Positions 1 to 9,598 of a DNA stretch of 64,000 bases are shown here, piece after piece. Source of the DNA: Limnochordia bacterium. Its GTDB lineage: Bacteria > Bacillota > Limnochordia > DTU080. The position numbers and the translations under genes are program-made. The first letter of the stretch is position 1. Each line of letters starts with the position of its first letter. The stretch spans positions 128,001 to 192,000 of the forward strand of contig JBMNJG010000012.1 of the NCBI GenBank assembly GCA_050951545.1. The letters run 5' to 3'. The notes under the pieces were generated by a model. The model was not told where the DNA came from. It worked only from the letters and a program-made list of their open reading frames with translations, and made no database searches.

Positions 1-228
1 GAGGTTGATCTCGTTCGCCTCTTCGAGAACCTCTTCTACCACATCCTTGCGGGCATAGACCTTGATGTCGCCACTGTTGTCTAGCTCCACGCGCACATTC
101 TGCGCAGACCCGTAATTGCGTTTATAGGCTGATACAATAGCAGCCTCAATCGCCTCAAAGAGAATCGCCTTGGGGATGCCACGCTCCTTCTCGAGTTCCC
201 CGAGGGCCGCCACTAGCTCCAGATTCAT
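1..228 (-). CDS. nusA: Transcription termination/antitermination factor NusA (N-terminal part; runs off the window)
   Basis: Manual translation from ATG at 228: MNLELVAALGELEKERGIPKAILFEAIEAAIVSAYKRNYGSAQNVRVEL, the typical NusA N-terminus; directly downstream of rimP. Confidence 0.93.
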   Translation of the reverse strand, partial: MNLELVAALGELEKERGIPKAILFEAIEAAIVSAYKRNYGSAQNVRVELDNSGDIKVYARKDVVEEVLEEANEINL

Positions 229-282
229 GTCCTTACTCCAGCCTCCCTGTTAGATCACTATCACGCCTCTCGGCTCCTGAGG

Positions 283-738
283 TCATATTTGAGGAACCAA
301 GTTAGCCTTTGCTACCTGCTGGAGGGGTATGAGCACTTGCTCTCCTTCCACCTCCATCGCCACGTTGCCGTCCCGCAAACCCGTGAGAACGCCGCGGAAG
401 TTGCGCTGACCTCCGATAGCTTGATACGTGCGCAGCTGGACAAGGCTACCGGCGAAACGCTCGAAATCCGTTTCTCGCTTCAAGGAGCGATCAAGCCCCG
501 GCGATGACACCTGGAGATAGTAGCTGGAGGCGACCGGATCAGCGGCATCGAGAATAGGATCTATTTGGCGGCTCAGGAGCGCACAGTCATCTACAGTGAC
601 GCCACCGGGCTTGTCGATAAGCAAGCGCAGCACCATGTCTCTGCCCTCTTTGACGTACTCGACGTCGACCAGCTCGAAACCTAGAGCGGTGCATTGCGGC
701 TCGGCTAGTTTGGTGACCTCATCGACGACCCTGCTCAC
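283..738 (-). CDS. rimP: Ribosome maturation factor RimP
   Basis: ELVDVEYVKEG..LRLLIDKPGGVTVDDC..Y.LQVSSPGLDR motifs; precedes nusA. Confidence 0.95.
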   Translation of the reverse strand: MSRVVDEVTKLAEPQCTALGFELVDVEYVKEGRDMVLRLLIDKPGGVTVDDCALLSRQIDPILDAADPVASSYYLQVSSPGLDRSLKRETDFERFAGSLVQLRTYQAIGGQRNFRGVLTGLRDGNVAMEVEGEQVLIPLQQVAKANLVPQI

Positions 739-773
739 GGGCCCTGCCTCCTCGCATCTATCTTATACAGTGC

Positions 774-800
774 AAAAGAGTGGGGAGATCCCACTCTTTC
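774..800 (-). terminator. Terminator/attenuator hairpin in rimP-nusA leader
   Basis: Minus strand GAAAGAGTGGG-ATCTC-CCCACTCTTTT, between the promoter and the rimP start. Confidence 0.7.
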
Positions 801-839
801 CGGCACGCAACATCACGGAATCGGACAAATGACGTATAT

Positions 840-868
840 AGTATAGCACCTTGACGACGGGTTAGCAA
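840..868 (-). promoter_or_regulatory. Sigma-A promoter of rimP-nusA operon
   Basis: TTGCTA-17bp-TATACT with TG extended -10. Confidence 0.7.
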
Positions 869-894
869 GGTGGTTGAGGACCTCTGTTGGGTCA

Positions 895-3800
895 CTAAAA
901 CAGGGTGAGCTGGTCGGATTCTGGCAGCCCCTCGAGAGCACCATGCTTGGCCAGTACGTCGGTCACTGCCCTTGAGACACCAGCGCGTTTCCGAAGATCC
1001 TCCACAGAGGTGAAGCGACGGTCATTACGTGCTGTGACCAGGGCTTCAGCGGCGCTTTCCCCTACCCCCTGGAGGCCAGTGAGCGGCGGACGCAGGCTGT
1101 TTTCCACAATGGTGAAGCGCCTAATGTCTGAGCGATACAGATCCACTGGCAAGAAACCGATCCCTCTGGCCATAACTTCCAGGGCCACTTCTAGGAGGGT
1201 GATCAGGCTCCTTTCTTTGCCCGTAGCCTCATTGCCTTTCTCATCGAGCTGCTTGAGCGTCTTTTGCACAACAGGCTTTCCTTGCAGAATCAGCTGCGCA
1301 TCAAAGTCGTCGGCGCGAACCGAGAAATAGGCCGCATAAAAATCTAGTGGATGATGCACCTTGTAGTACGCTTGCCAGAAAGCCATGATAGCATAGGCAG
1401 CGGCATGCGCCTTCGGAAACAGGTAACTGATCTTCTTGCAGGAGTCAATGTACCATCGCGGCACGCCATGTTCGAGCATTAGCGATTCGTCTTCGGATGT
1501 CAGTCCCCTGCCCTTGCGTACCCGCTCCATGATCCGGAAAGCCGTTTCGGCTGGCAGACCCTCGCGAATCAGATGGATCATGATGTCGTCTCGACAGGCG
1601 ATGGTTTCTGCGAGACTTGCTGTCTCCTTGCGCACCAGATCCTGAGCATTATTGAGCCAGACGTCTGTGCCATGCGATAGGCCCATGATACGTACGAGGT
1701 CAGCGAAGGTCGCGGGCCGCGTGTCTTCAAGCATCTGGCGCACAAAGCGCGTGTTGTACTCAGGTATGGCGAGAGTTCCCACTGTGCTACCGGCCTCTTG
1801 CGGGCTAATGCCCAGGGCCTCCAGGCCGGAGAAAAGACTCATCGCCTTTGGGTCATCCAAAGGAATCTCGTCTGCTTTCACACCAGTGGATTGCTCTAAG
1901 AGACGAATCATGGTGGGGCCGTCGTGACCGAGGATGTCCAGTTTCAGAAGCTGGTCTTCCATATAGGCATAGGCAAAGTGGGTAGTGATGACCCCACTGC
2001 TCTTGTCATTGGCAGGGTGCTGCACCGGAGTAAACTCGTATATCTCTCTGCCGCGGGGAACCACCATGATTCCCCCGGGATGCTGCCCACTGGTACGCCG
2101 CACGCCAGTGACGCCCAACGACAGGCGGTTGATCTCAGCGCTGCGGGCAGTGAGGCCTTTCTCATCGAGATATTTCCGCACATACCCATAGGCCGTCTTC
2201 GCGGCCAAGGTGGCGATCGTCCCCGCCCGAAACACGTTCTCTTTTCCGAAGAGCTCTTCCGTGTACTGATGGGCCCGTGGCTGGTACTCGCCCGAGAAGT
2301 TGAGGTCAATGTCAGGGATCTTGCCCACCCCATCAAAGCCCAAGAACGTTTCAAAAGGAATGTCGAAGCCATCGCGACGCAGCGGTTTTTCGCAGTTGGG
2401 ACACTCCTTTGGTGGCAGGTCTGGACCTGAACCTATCAGACCACTGAGGTCGGTCTCGAAATAGCTGCAGGCTGGGCACGCGTAATGAGGCGGAAGCGGG
2501 TTGACTTCGGATACCCCGCACAGCAGGGCCACCAGTGAAGAGCCAACAGAGCCCCGAGAGCCAACAATGTAACCGTCACTCACCGATTTCGCCACAAGCT
2601 TATGGGCGATCATATACAACGAAGCGAAGCCATTACCGATAATCGACTGCAGCTCCTCGTCCAGACGAGCGGCTACTAGTTCGGGAAGCGGATCACCGTA
2701 CAAGCAGCGGGCGTTCTTCTCGCACATTTGCTGCAGTTCCTCTTCTGCTCTCTCCAGATGAGGTGGGTAGAAACCTTCGGGGATCGGCCGAAGCTCTTCT
2801 ATCGTGTCCGCAACTCGCTGCGGCGCCTCAACCACCACTTCATGGGCCAGCGTCGCCCCCAGATAGTCGAATTCAGCCAGCATCTCATCGGTCGTCTGGA
2901 AATAGAGAGGTGCAGTGGTCTCTACATCGGAGAAACCATGACCAGCCATCAGAATACGTCGGTAGATCTCATCCGCAGGATCTACGTAGTGTGCATCCGA
3001 TGTGGCCACAACAGGTTTGCCCAGCTTGTGACCTATGGCCACGATGCGTCTGTTGATCTCCCTCAGAGTCTCCTCTGACGCCACCCTACCAGCCTCGATG
3101 TGAAAACTCGTGTTGGCGAGAGGTTGGATCTCAAGATAATCATAGAAGGAGGCGATCTCCTCAGTCTGTTCATCAGATGCTCCCGCCAGAATGGCCTGGT
3201 ACAGCTCGCCAGCCTCGCACGCCGTACCAAAGAGAAGCCCGTCGCGCAGGCGAATGAGTTCGCTGCGTGGGAGACGAGGTCTCCGGTAGAAATGATCGAT
3301 GTGAGAGAGGGAGACGAGACGATACAGGTTACGCAACCCCTCTGCAGTGGCAGCTAGGATCACTATGTGAGGAGTGCGACCGCGTTCATCGTGGTCATCT
3401 GCCAGATAGCCCTCGAGGCCATAGAGGATCTTGATGCCGTGTTTCTGCCCAGCGGCGTATGCTTCAGGGAAAGCTTGTACGACACCGTGGTCTGTAATAG
3501 CCACTGCCGGGTGTCCCCACGCACTCGCCCGCTGCACAATATCGGCAACATCTGCCACGCCGTCTAGAGCACTCATCTTGGTGTGGATATGCAGCTCTAC
3601 TCGCTTTTCCGGTGCGGTATCCAGGCGCTTCTGAGGTGGAGGAATGCGACAGATATCCTTAGGCAAGAGTGTAAGCTCCTGAGAGTAGCTGTCATGCTGC
3701 ACTGCCCCTCGTATACTCAGCCAGGAGCCCGTCGAAATCCGCCTCATCCAATCGTCACGTTCTTCGGCAAAGGTCTTCACGCTGATCGAGTCAGCGTCAT

Positions 3801-4371
3801 CAGTGATGTCAAAAAGAACTAGATGGCGTCCGGAACGCATCTCTCGCACATCCATTTGGAGGACTCGTCCTCGGACGACCACCGAGCGTTCTTCGTCTTG
3901 GATACTGGTCAAAGGCTGCGGCTCTTGCCCGATGGCCTGTCCGAGGATGACCTCAACACTGTCACCTTGGCTGTCGTTCTTACTCTCTGCGTTGTTCTGC
4001 TCGTCCTGGATGCGTTGCATGATGGTCTCCATGTAGTGGTCATCGGTGGCCTCATCTAGAGGATCCACCTCCAATGCTTCGTGAGTCGCTGCGACCTCCT
4101 GCCATCCTGGATCGTATAGCAGTTCGACACGAGTCAGCTCAAGAGCAGAGGCCAGTGCGTCAGCCAGTTTCGAGCAGGCTTCAGCGTCGCTGTCTTGAAT
4201 GGGCTGTTTGAGGAAAACGCGCCACACATTAGCCTTAGGCAACACTTCCACGTGGCTGATCACTGCGTCAATGGCCGGAGATACTCCCGCTGCTAGACAC
4301 AGATCACGCAACCCCGACTTGTCTGGTTGGGGTTCCACGATGCACAACAGATCCACAGAACAGACCTCCAT
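895..4371 (-). CDS. polC: DNA polymerase III PolC-type, lacking the embedded 3'-5' exonuclease domain
   Basis: OB fold, PHP motifs (RVELHIHTKMS, AITDHG, SDAH), GSRGSVGSS, Zn finger CPAC..CPNC, PDIDLNFSGEYQ, KLDILGHD; only 1158 aa. Confidence 0.95.
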   Translation of the reverse strand: MEVCSVDLLCIVEPQPDKSGLRDLCLAAGVSPAIDAVISHVEVLPKANVWRVFLKQPIQDSDAEACSKLADALASALELTRVELLYDPGWQEVAATHEALEVDPLDEATDDHYMETIMQRIQDEQNNAESKNDSQGDSVEVILGQAIGQEPQPLTSIQDEERSVVVRGRVLQMDVREMRSGRHLVLFDITDDADSISVKTFAEERDDWMRRISTGSWLSIRGAVQHDSYSQELTLLPKDICRIPPPQKRLDTAPEKRVELHIHTKMSALDGVADVADIVQRASAWGHPAVAITDHGVVQAFPEAYAAGQKHGIKILYGLEGYLADDHDERGRTPHIVILAATAEGLRNLYRLVSLSHIDHFYRRPRLPRSELIRLRDGLLFGTACEAGELYQAILAGASDEQTEEIASFYDYLEIQPLANTSFHIEAGRVASEETLREINRRIVAIGHKLGKPVVATSDAHYVDPADEIYRRILMAGHGFSDVETTAPLYFQTTDEMLAEFDYLGATLAHEVVVEAPQRVADTIEELRPIPEGFYPPHLERAEEELQQMCEKNARCLYGDPLPELVAARLDEELQSIIGNGFASLYMIAHKLVAKSVSDGYIVGSRGSVGSSLVALLCGVSEVNPLPPHYACPACSYFETDLSGLIGSGPDLPPKECPNCEKPLRRDGFDIPFETFLGFDGVGKIPDIDLNFSGEYQPRAHQYTEELFGKENVFRAGTIATLAAKTAYGYVRKYLDEKGLTARSAEINRLSLGVTGVRRTSGQHPGGIMVVPRGREIYEFTPVQHPANDKSSGVITTHFAYAYMEDQLLKLDILGHDGPTMIRLLEQSTGVKADEIPLDDPKAMSLFSGLEALGISPQEAGSTVGTLAIPEYNTRFVRQMLEDTRPATFADLVRIMGLSHGTDVWLNNAQDLVRKETASLAETIACRDDIMIHLIREGLPAETAFRIMERVRKGRGLTSEDESLMLEHGVPRWYIDSCKKISYLFPKAHAAAYAIMAFWQAYYKVHHPLDFYAAYFSVRADDFDAQLILQGKPVVQKTLKQLDEKGNEATGKERSLITLLEVALEVMARGIGFLPVDLYRSDIRRFTIVENSLRPPLTGLQGVGESAAEALVTARNDRRFTSVEDLRKRAGVSRAVTDVLAKHGALEGLPESDQLTLF

Positions 4372-5465
4372 TAGGTGCCCTGGAAAAACCGAGCGACATC
4401 CTGGTAGGTCGCGTAGACCAACAGGAGCAGCAGCAAGGCCAAGCCGACGAACTGCATCATGCCTCGCTGCTCCGGCTTCAGAGGCTTTCCCCTAAGTGCT
4501 TCGAACACCAGCAAGACAACCCAGAAACCGTCTAGTGCCGGAATGGGAAACAGGTTGAACAAGCCCAAGTTGATATTCAGAAGGATGGCCAGCCGCAAGA
4601 GTGAGCCCAGGCCCTCTTGGACGGCACTGCCAGTAATGACAAAGATGCCGACTGGGCCCGACAACTCCGCTCGAGTTCGGCCCGAGATCATTCGCGCCAC
4701 AACTCGAGCCACGCCAAGTGTCCAGCTATAGGTCTCTATTGCGCCCAGGCGGAGACTAGTCAGCAGCGGTTGGCGTTGTTGATCGAAGAGGGTGACACCG
4801 AGCATCCCCACTTGCCGTTGTGGGTCGAGGCGCGGCACGACCACGAAGGCCAGCGGCTGGTCCCCTCTGAGTACACTCAACGATAGCGATGTACCAGCGC
4901 GAGGTTGCACAAAGCCCACAACTTGTTCCGAAGCCGAGATGGGCTGTTCGTTGATGCTCACAATCTGGTCGCCTGGCTGTATCCCAGCCACGGCAGCCGG
5001 GCTTCCCACCTCCACCTCTTGAATGGTGGGGGGTATAGTGACTGCCATGTGGTAGATCACGATCAGCACAAAGGCGAGAATGAAGTTCATGAAGGGGCCT
5101 GCGCACACAAACGCTAGGCGCTGCCATAGGGGTCTGGCTTCGAACGTCTCTGCGAGAGGCACTTCCTCTTCACACGCTTCAGGAGCAGCATCCATACCGG
5201 CGATCTTGACAAAGCCTCCCAAGGGCACGGCTCGTACGGAGTACAGTGTCTGCCCTCTTTTTCGCTGACAAAGACTGGGGCCAAAACCCAAGGCAAACTC
5301 GAAGACCCTAATGCCAGCCAACTTAGCCGCACTGAAGTGGCCAAACTCGTGAAACAGCACGATCAGTCCGAAGATGACTACGAACCCCAGCACCGTTGAC
5401 GTGGCAACGGAAATGAGCTGTGCGAAGCGCCCAAATGCCTGAGCAATCACTTGGCTCACCAGCAT
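4371..5465 (-). CDS. rseP: RIP metalloprotease RseP (site-2 protease with PDZ)
   Basis: HEFGH zinc motif, GP..N, PDZ domain, NLFPIPALDG. Confidence 0.95.
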   Translation of the reverse strand: MLVSQVIAQAFGRFAQLISVATSTVLGFVVIFGLIVLFHEFGHFSAAKLAGIRVFEFALGFGPSLCQRKRGQTLYSVRAVPLGGFVKIAGMDAAPEACEEEVPLAETFEARPLWQRLAFVCAGPFMNFILAFVLIVIYHMAVTIPPTIQEVEVGSPAAVAGIQPGDQIVSINEQPISASEQVVGFVQPRAGTSLSLSVLRGDQPLAFVVVPRLDPQRQVGMLGVTLFDQQRQPLLTSLRLGAIETYSWTLGVARVVARMISGRTRAELSGPVGIFVITGSAVQEGLGSLLRLAILLNINLGLFNLFPIPALDGFWVVLLVFEALRGKPLKPEQRGMMQFVGLALLLLLLVYATYQDVARFFQGT

Positions 5466-5488
5466 TCCCTCTTTTCTACAGGCCGATT

Positions 5489-6649
5489 CTATCTCTGTCG
5501 AGTGCCTAGCGCTAAGGCAACCTCGCGTGCTCGAACGCGGGCCTGTCGATCAGCATCAAGGATCTCGTCCACCGAGTTGGGTTCTCTTGCTGTATGATGG
5601 TTCATACACGACTCCACGACACGCGGAATGTCAGTGAAGCGGATGTTCCCATGAAGAAAAAGTTCCACAGCCACTTCGTTTGCTGCATTGAGAACCGCAG
5701 GCATTGTGCCACCAGTTCTACCGGCTGCAAAGGCTAGCTCAAGGCTAGGAAAACGCTGTGTATCTGGTTTTTCAAAAGATAGGTTTCCCATGTTCCATGG
5801 GTCTAGTCGAGATGCTGGCGAATTCAGGCGCTGCGGATGCATGAGCGCCACTTGAATGGGCAGGCGCATGTCGGGAGCACCCAGCTGCGCGATGATGGAA
5901 CCGTCAACCAACTCAACCATGGAATGCACAATGGACTGTGGATGGATGATGACTTGGATGTCGTCCCACGCGGCGTCAAAGAGCCAGCGCGCTTCAATCA
6001 CCTCTAGCCCTTTGTTCATAAGGGTGGCAGAGTCGATCGTGATCTTGTTCCCCATAGCCCACGTTGGGTGACGCAGAGCATCGCTTGGTGTCATGTCACG
6101 TAGCTTCTCACCCGGAGTGCAGCGGAAGGGGCCTCCGGAGGCCGTCAGATAGAGACGGTGAAAAGACCCGCCGCTAGCCTGCAAACACTGGAAGATAGCT
6201 GAGTGTTCGCTGTCAATCGGTAGCATCTGCCCCCCGTGTTGGGCAACCGCAGCAGTTACCAGGGCCCCTCCGGCGACCAGGGCCTCTTTGTTGGCTAGGC
6301 AAATGCGCTTGCCGCATTCAGCGGCAGCGTGAGTCGGCGCCAATCCCCGAGCGCCAACCACAGCCACCACGACGCTGTCGACATCCGGCAAGGAGGCACA
6401 TTCGATCAGTCCGGCATCACCTGTGACAATGCGAATGTGCGGCGCGAGACGCTTTTTGAGCTCAGGAACCAAGCGTGGATCGCCGATGCAGACGACACTG
6501 GGTCGGTACAGCTTAGCTTGTTTGACAAGGAGATCGACATTGCTGCCTGCGGCCAGAGCTTCAACTGAGAACCGCGATCGATGGTAATCTACGACCTCAA
6601 GGGTGTTTCGTCCGATGGAACCCGTAGAGCCTAGTATCGCCAAGCGCAT
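5489..6649 (-). CDS. dxr: 1-deoxy-D-xylulose-5-phosphate reductoisomerase
   Basis: ILGSTGSIG, LANKE, PIDSEHSAIFQ, LTASGGPF, HPTWAMGNKITIDSAT; start moved to the ATG after AAGGAG. Confidence 0.96.
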   Translation of the reverse strand: MRLAILGSTGSIGRNTLEVVDYHRSRFSVEALAAGSNVDLLVKQAKLYRPSVVCIGDPRLVPELKKRLAPHIRIVTGDAGLIECASLPDVDSVVVAVVGARGLAPTHAAAECGKRICLANKEALVAGGALVTAAVAQHGGQMLPIDSEHSAIFQCLQASGGSFHRLYLTASGGPFRCTPGEKLRDMTPSDALRHPTWAMGNKITIDSATLMNKGLEVIEARWLFDAAWDDIQVIIHPQSIVHSMVELVDGSIIAQLGAPDMRLPIQVALMHPQRLNSPASRLDPWNMGNLSFEKPDTQRFPSLELAFAAGRTGGTMPAVLNAANEVAVELFLHGNIRFTDIPRVVESCMNHHTAREPNSVDEILDADRQARVRAREVALALGTRQR

Positions 6650-6724
6650 AGTCATCGTCTCCTTGGTGGCTACACTACCGACATTATACCATTTGTGCCC
6701 GGCCCTTCCAGCCAAAGGCTACCA

Positions 6725-7729
6725 TCAATGCGTCCAGCCCAGCCAGAGTGCTTTCAGCGTGATGGCTAGAAGTGGTCCCATGAAGAGGCCAGGAAAACCC
6801 CAGAAACGCACACCAAAATAGATGGCCGCTAGGCTAGTCAAGGGATGCAGATTTGCCTGTCCGGCAATGAGTAATGGCTCGATTCCTTGTCTGATCAGAA
6901 GCACCAGCCCCAAACTGGTTGCCAACCCCGCCGCCACCGCCTTGCTTCCAGTGAGCCATTGCCACACCGCCAAAGGAACGAACAGAGTGCCAGGACCCAT
7001 GAGCGGGATGATGTCCAATATGCCTGCCAGCGTGCCTAGCAACCAAGCATAGGGCATTCCGAAGATCAGCAGGCTTGCGGTACATAAGACAGCTGAGACG
7101 GCGACGAGCAGGACTTGCGCTCGCACAAAGCCAACCATCCCAGCAAAGATGCCACGATTGAGCTCGGCACCTCGTCTGCGCCAGGAGGGGGGAAGACTGG
7201 CGACAAGCGAGCGAGCCAGGGCTCTGCCGTCTCGAGCCAGAAAGAAAGCGGCCAAGACAGCCACAACGAGCCTGGCCAAAGCGCTGGGCAGCTCTGCCAC
7301 AGCAGCAAAGAACCCCCCCACCAGTAGTTCAAGAGTCTGGGCAAGCTGACTGGTTGAACTGCGTATGAGGTCGTAGACAGGCGGAGGAAGCTCTGCAACC
7401 AGTTGGTTGAGCCAGACAATCTTAGTTAGTACCTCGTACCTGAACTCGGGAAGCTTTTCTGCGAGCTGATTCACATCCTGCACGACGTTGAGCACTACAA
7501 GAATAAGGGAACCAGCCACCAACACGGCTAACCCCGCTAGAAGGAGTAGCACCGCTAGCCCCCGCGGCAGTCCAAGCTTCTCCAACCGGTTTGCGGGCTG
7601 ATCAATGAGAGCTGCCAAGAGAAGAGCTAAAAGGAAAGGTCCCACAAACGGTGACAGGAAACTGACAGCTGCTAACGCAAGCATGGAGGTCAGAAAGATG
7701 ATGAGCCCTTTTTCGAGAGAGTAGGCCAT
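6725..7729 (-). CDS. ytvI: Sporulation integral membrane protein YtvI (AI-2E family)
   Basis: PFLLALLLA, FVRAQ, LDIIP..GPG, EP..IAGQ..LHPL, GLFMGP; canonical position between cdsA and dxr. Confidence 0.85.
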   Translation of the reverse strand: MAYSLEKGLIIFLTSMLALAAVSFLSPFVGPFLLALLLAALIDQPANRLEKLGLPRGLAVLLLLAGLAVLVAGSLILVVLNVVQDVNQLAEKLPEFRYEVLTKIVWLNQLVAELPPPVYDLIRSSTSQLAQTLELLVGGFFAAVAELPSALARLVVAVLAAFFLARDGRALARSLVASLPPSWRRRGAELNRGIFAGMVGFVRAQVLLVAVSAVLCTASLLIFGMPYAWLLGTLAGILDIIPLMGPGTLFVPLAVWQWLTGSKAVAAGLATSLGLVLLIRQGIEPLLIAGQANLHPLTSLAAIYFGVRFWGFPGLFMGPLLAITLKALWLGWTH

Positions 7730-7753
7730 CCACCTTGCCCCTCCCGGCGCGGC

Positions 7754-8530
7754 TCACCCCAAGAGGAGCCGCAGTAAGTAGACAGCGACACCCGCCAAGA
7801 GCATGCTGTCAAAGCGGTCTAGTATGCCTCCATGTCCTGGCAGCAAAGACCCGGCGTCCTTAACCCCAGCCTCGCGCTTCATCGCCGATTCCACCAGGTC
7901 GCCTATTTCAGCAGCCAAGGCCACCGTCATCCCCAGTACAGCTGCATACCATAGAGGCCATTGTACCGCCAAGCCAAGGCCTATCCCAGCGACCAGCCCG
8001 CCAAACACCCCAGCTAGGGCCCCCTCTACCGTTTTGTTGGGGCTAATTGTGGGGGCAAACGCTGTTCGCCCATACGCGCGGCCGACAAAGAAGGCAAAGC
8101 TATCAGCACACCAGGTTCCTAGCACAGCCAGAAGCACTGGAGCTAGACCGTCAGCACGGACAAGAAACAGGAAGGCAAAGAGGCCGACATACAGACTACC
8201 CATGCAGATAGCTGCTCCGCGCTGCAGTACACGCCCGCCCGAGACACTAAGTTCTCCGACCAAAGCCACGATAGTAATGAGTGCTATCGCCAGGGGCCAA
8301 GACCAAGTTACATGCAAAGAAGCATATGCTGCGATGAGCAGTGTCAACCCACCAACCGCGATCGAAAGGCCCGTACCGTGGCACCCGAGACGTTCGTAAA
8401 AGCGCCCCATCTCGAAGCCTGCAAGCACAGATAACACTGCCAGAAGGGCAAACCAAGCCCAGCCTCCCATACATAGCAGAACCAAGAAGATAGGGATCCA
8501 GAACAGAGCCGTCAGAACGCGTGCGAGCAA
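7754..8530 (-). CDS. cdsA: Phosphatidate cytidylyltransferase
   Basis: ISPNKTVEG, GDLVESAMKR..GVKD.G..LPGHGGILDRFDS. Confidence 0.95.
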   Translation of the reverse strand: MLARVLTALFWIPIFLVLLCMGGWAWFALLAVLSVLAGFEMGRFYERLGCHGTGLSIAVGGLTLLIAAYASLHVTWSWPLAIALITIVALVGELSVSGGRVLQRGAAICMGSLYVGLFAFLFLVRADGLAPVLLAVLGTWCADSFAFFVGRAYGRTAFAPTISPNKTVEGALAGVFGGLVAGIGLGLAVQWPLWYAAVLGMTVALAAEIGDLVESAMKREAGVKDAGSLLPGHGGILDRFDSMLLAGVAVYLLRLLLG

Positions 8531-8534
8531 GCTC

Positions 8535-9266
8535 TCACACCTTTCCGAATCGGCGCTGGCGTCTTTGAAACTCCATCAGCGCTTGATACAAGTGCGTCTC
8601 ACGGAAATCGGGCCAGTACTCGTCTATCACATAAAGCTCCGTATAGGCCACTTGCCACAGCAGGAAGTTGCTAATGCGGAACTCGCCACCCGTACGAATG
8701 AGCAGGTCAGGGTCAGGCGTCCCAGCCGTACTTAGGTGCGCTGCAAGGCACTCCTCGTCGATTGCTTCGGGGCTCAGTTCGCCTCGCGCGACACGTACGC
8801 ACAGGGCTCGCACCCCGTCCACCAGCTCCGCTCGGGCGCCATAGTTAAAGGCGATAAGCAGCTGCAGCCCCTGGTTGTTGGCGGTAAGCTTCTCGGCGTG
8901 CTCAATGCGCCGAAGTGTGGATGCAGGAAGACCTGTCCTTCTTCCAATCACTTTCACCATGACGTCGTTGGCATGCAACTGGCCGATGTAGTACTGGAAA
9001 ACCTCCTCCAAGAGGCGGAGCAGGAAGCTCACTTCGTCTTTGGGCCTGCCCCAGTTTTCTGTGGAAAAGGCGTAGACGGTAAGAACCTCGATGCCCCATT
9101 CACTACAAGCACGAACACAAGTGACCAGACTATCGACACCAGCCTTGTGGCCTGCGGCACGTGGCAATCCACGCTGTAGAGCCCAACGCCCATTGCCATC
9201 CATGATGATGGCCACGTGTTGGGGAGGGTTCTCAGGTTTGGCAAAAGTGCATTCCTCTCGTCTCAC
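8535..9266 (-). CDS. uppS: Undecaprenyl diphosphate synthase
   Basis: HVAIIMDGNGRWA, YAFSTENW.RP, PDLLIRTGGE.RISNFLLWQ. Confidence 0.96.
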   Translation of the reverse strand: MRREECTFAKPENPPQHVAIIMDGNGRWALQRGLPRAAGHKAGVDSLVTCVRACSEWGIEVLTVYAFSTENWGRPKDEVSFLLRLLEEVFQYYIGQLHANDVMVKVIGRRTGLPASTLRRIEHAEKLTANNQGLQLLIAFNYGARAELVDGVRALCVRVARGELSPEAIDEECLAAHLSTAGTPDPDLLIRTGGEFRISNFLLWQVAYTELYVIDEYWPDFRETHLYQALMEFQRRQRRFGKV

Positions 9267-9353
9267 TCAACGCTGACCCCTTTGAAAACCTTTCGCCGCT
9301 AGGGCATCGACATAGGAGCCGATTGTCAAGCTGCTCCAGACCTGGTCGTACTG

Positions 9354-9569
9354 TTACCAACACTCAGGGCACACGATAAGCAAGACGCTATCGGCGCTGA
9401 CCGCGCGTACTGCCACAACCCTAAGGGTGTCGTCCTCTTCATCCACAGCACAGACAACGCCTCCATCTCGTGGGGCTTGGATCAGCAAAATGGAGGTACC
9501 TATATCCAGAGCCCGGCATTCCTCCCGGGCTCTGGACAGCTCCCAGCCTATGACATCGGGCAGGTCCAA
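9354..9569 (-). CDS. Small hypothetical protein, single PASTA-like domain
   Basis: LPDVIGWELSRA resembles a PASTA start (VPDVIG...A); fills the frr-uppS gap, TTG start after GAGGTG. Confidence 0.55.
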   Translation of the reverse strand: MDLPDVIGWELSRAREECRALDIGTSILLIQAPRDGGVVCAVDEEDDTLRVVAVRAVSADSVLLIVCPECW

Positions 9570-9598
9570 GTTCAGTTCAGCGCACCTCGCGAATCCGT

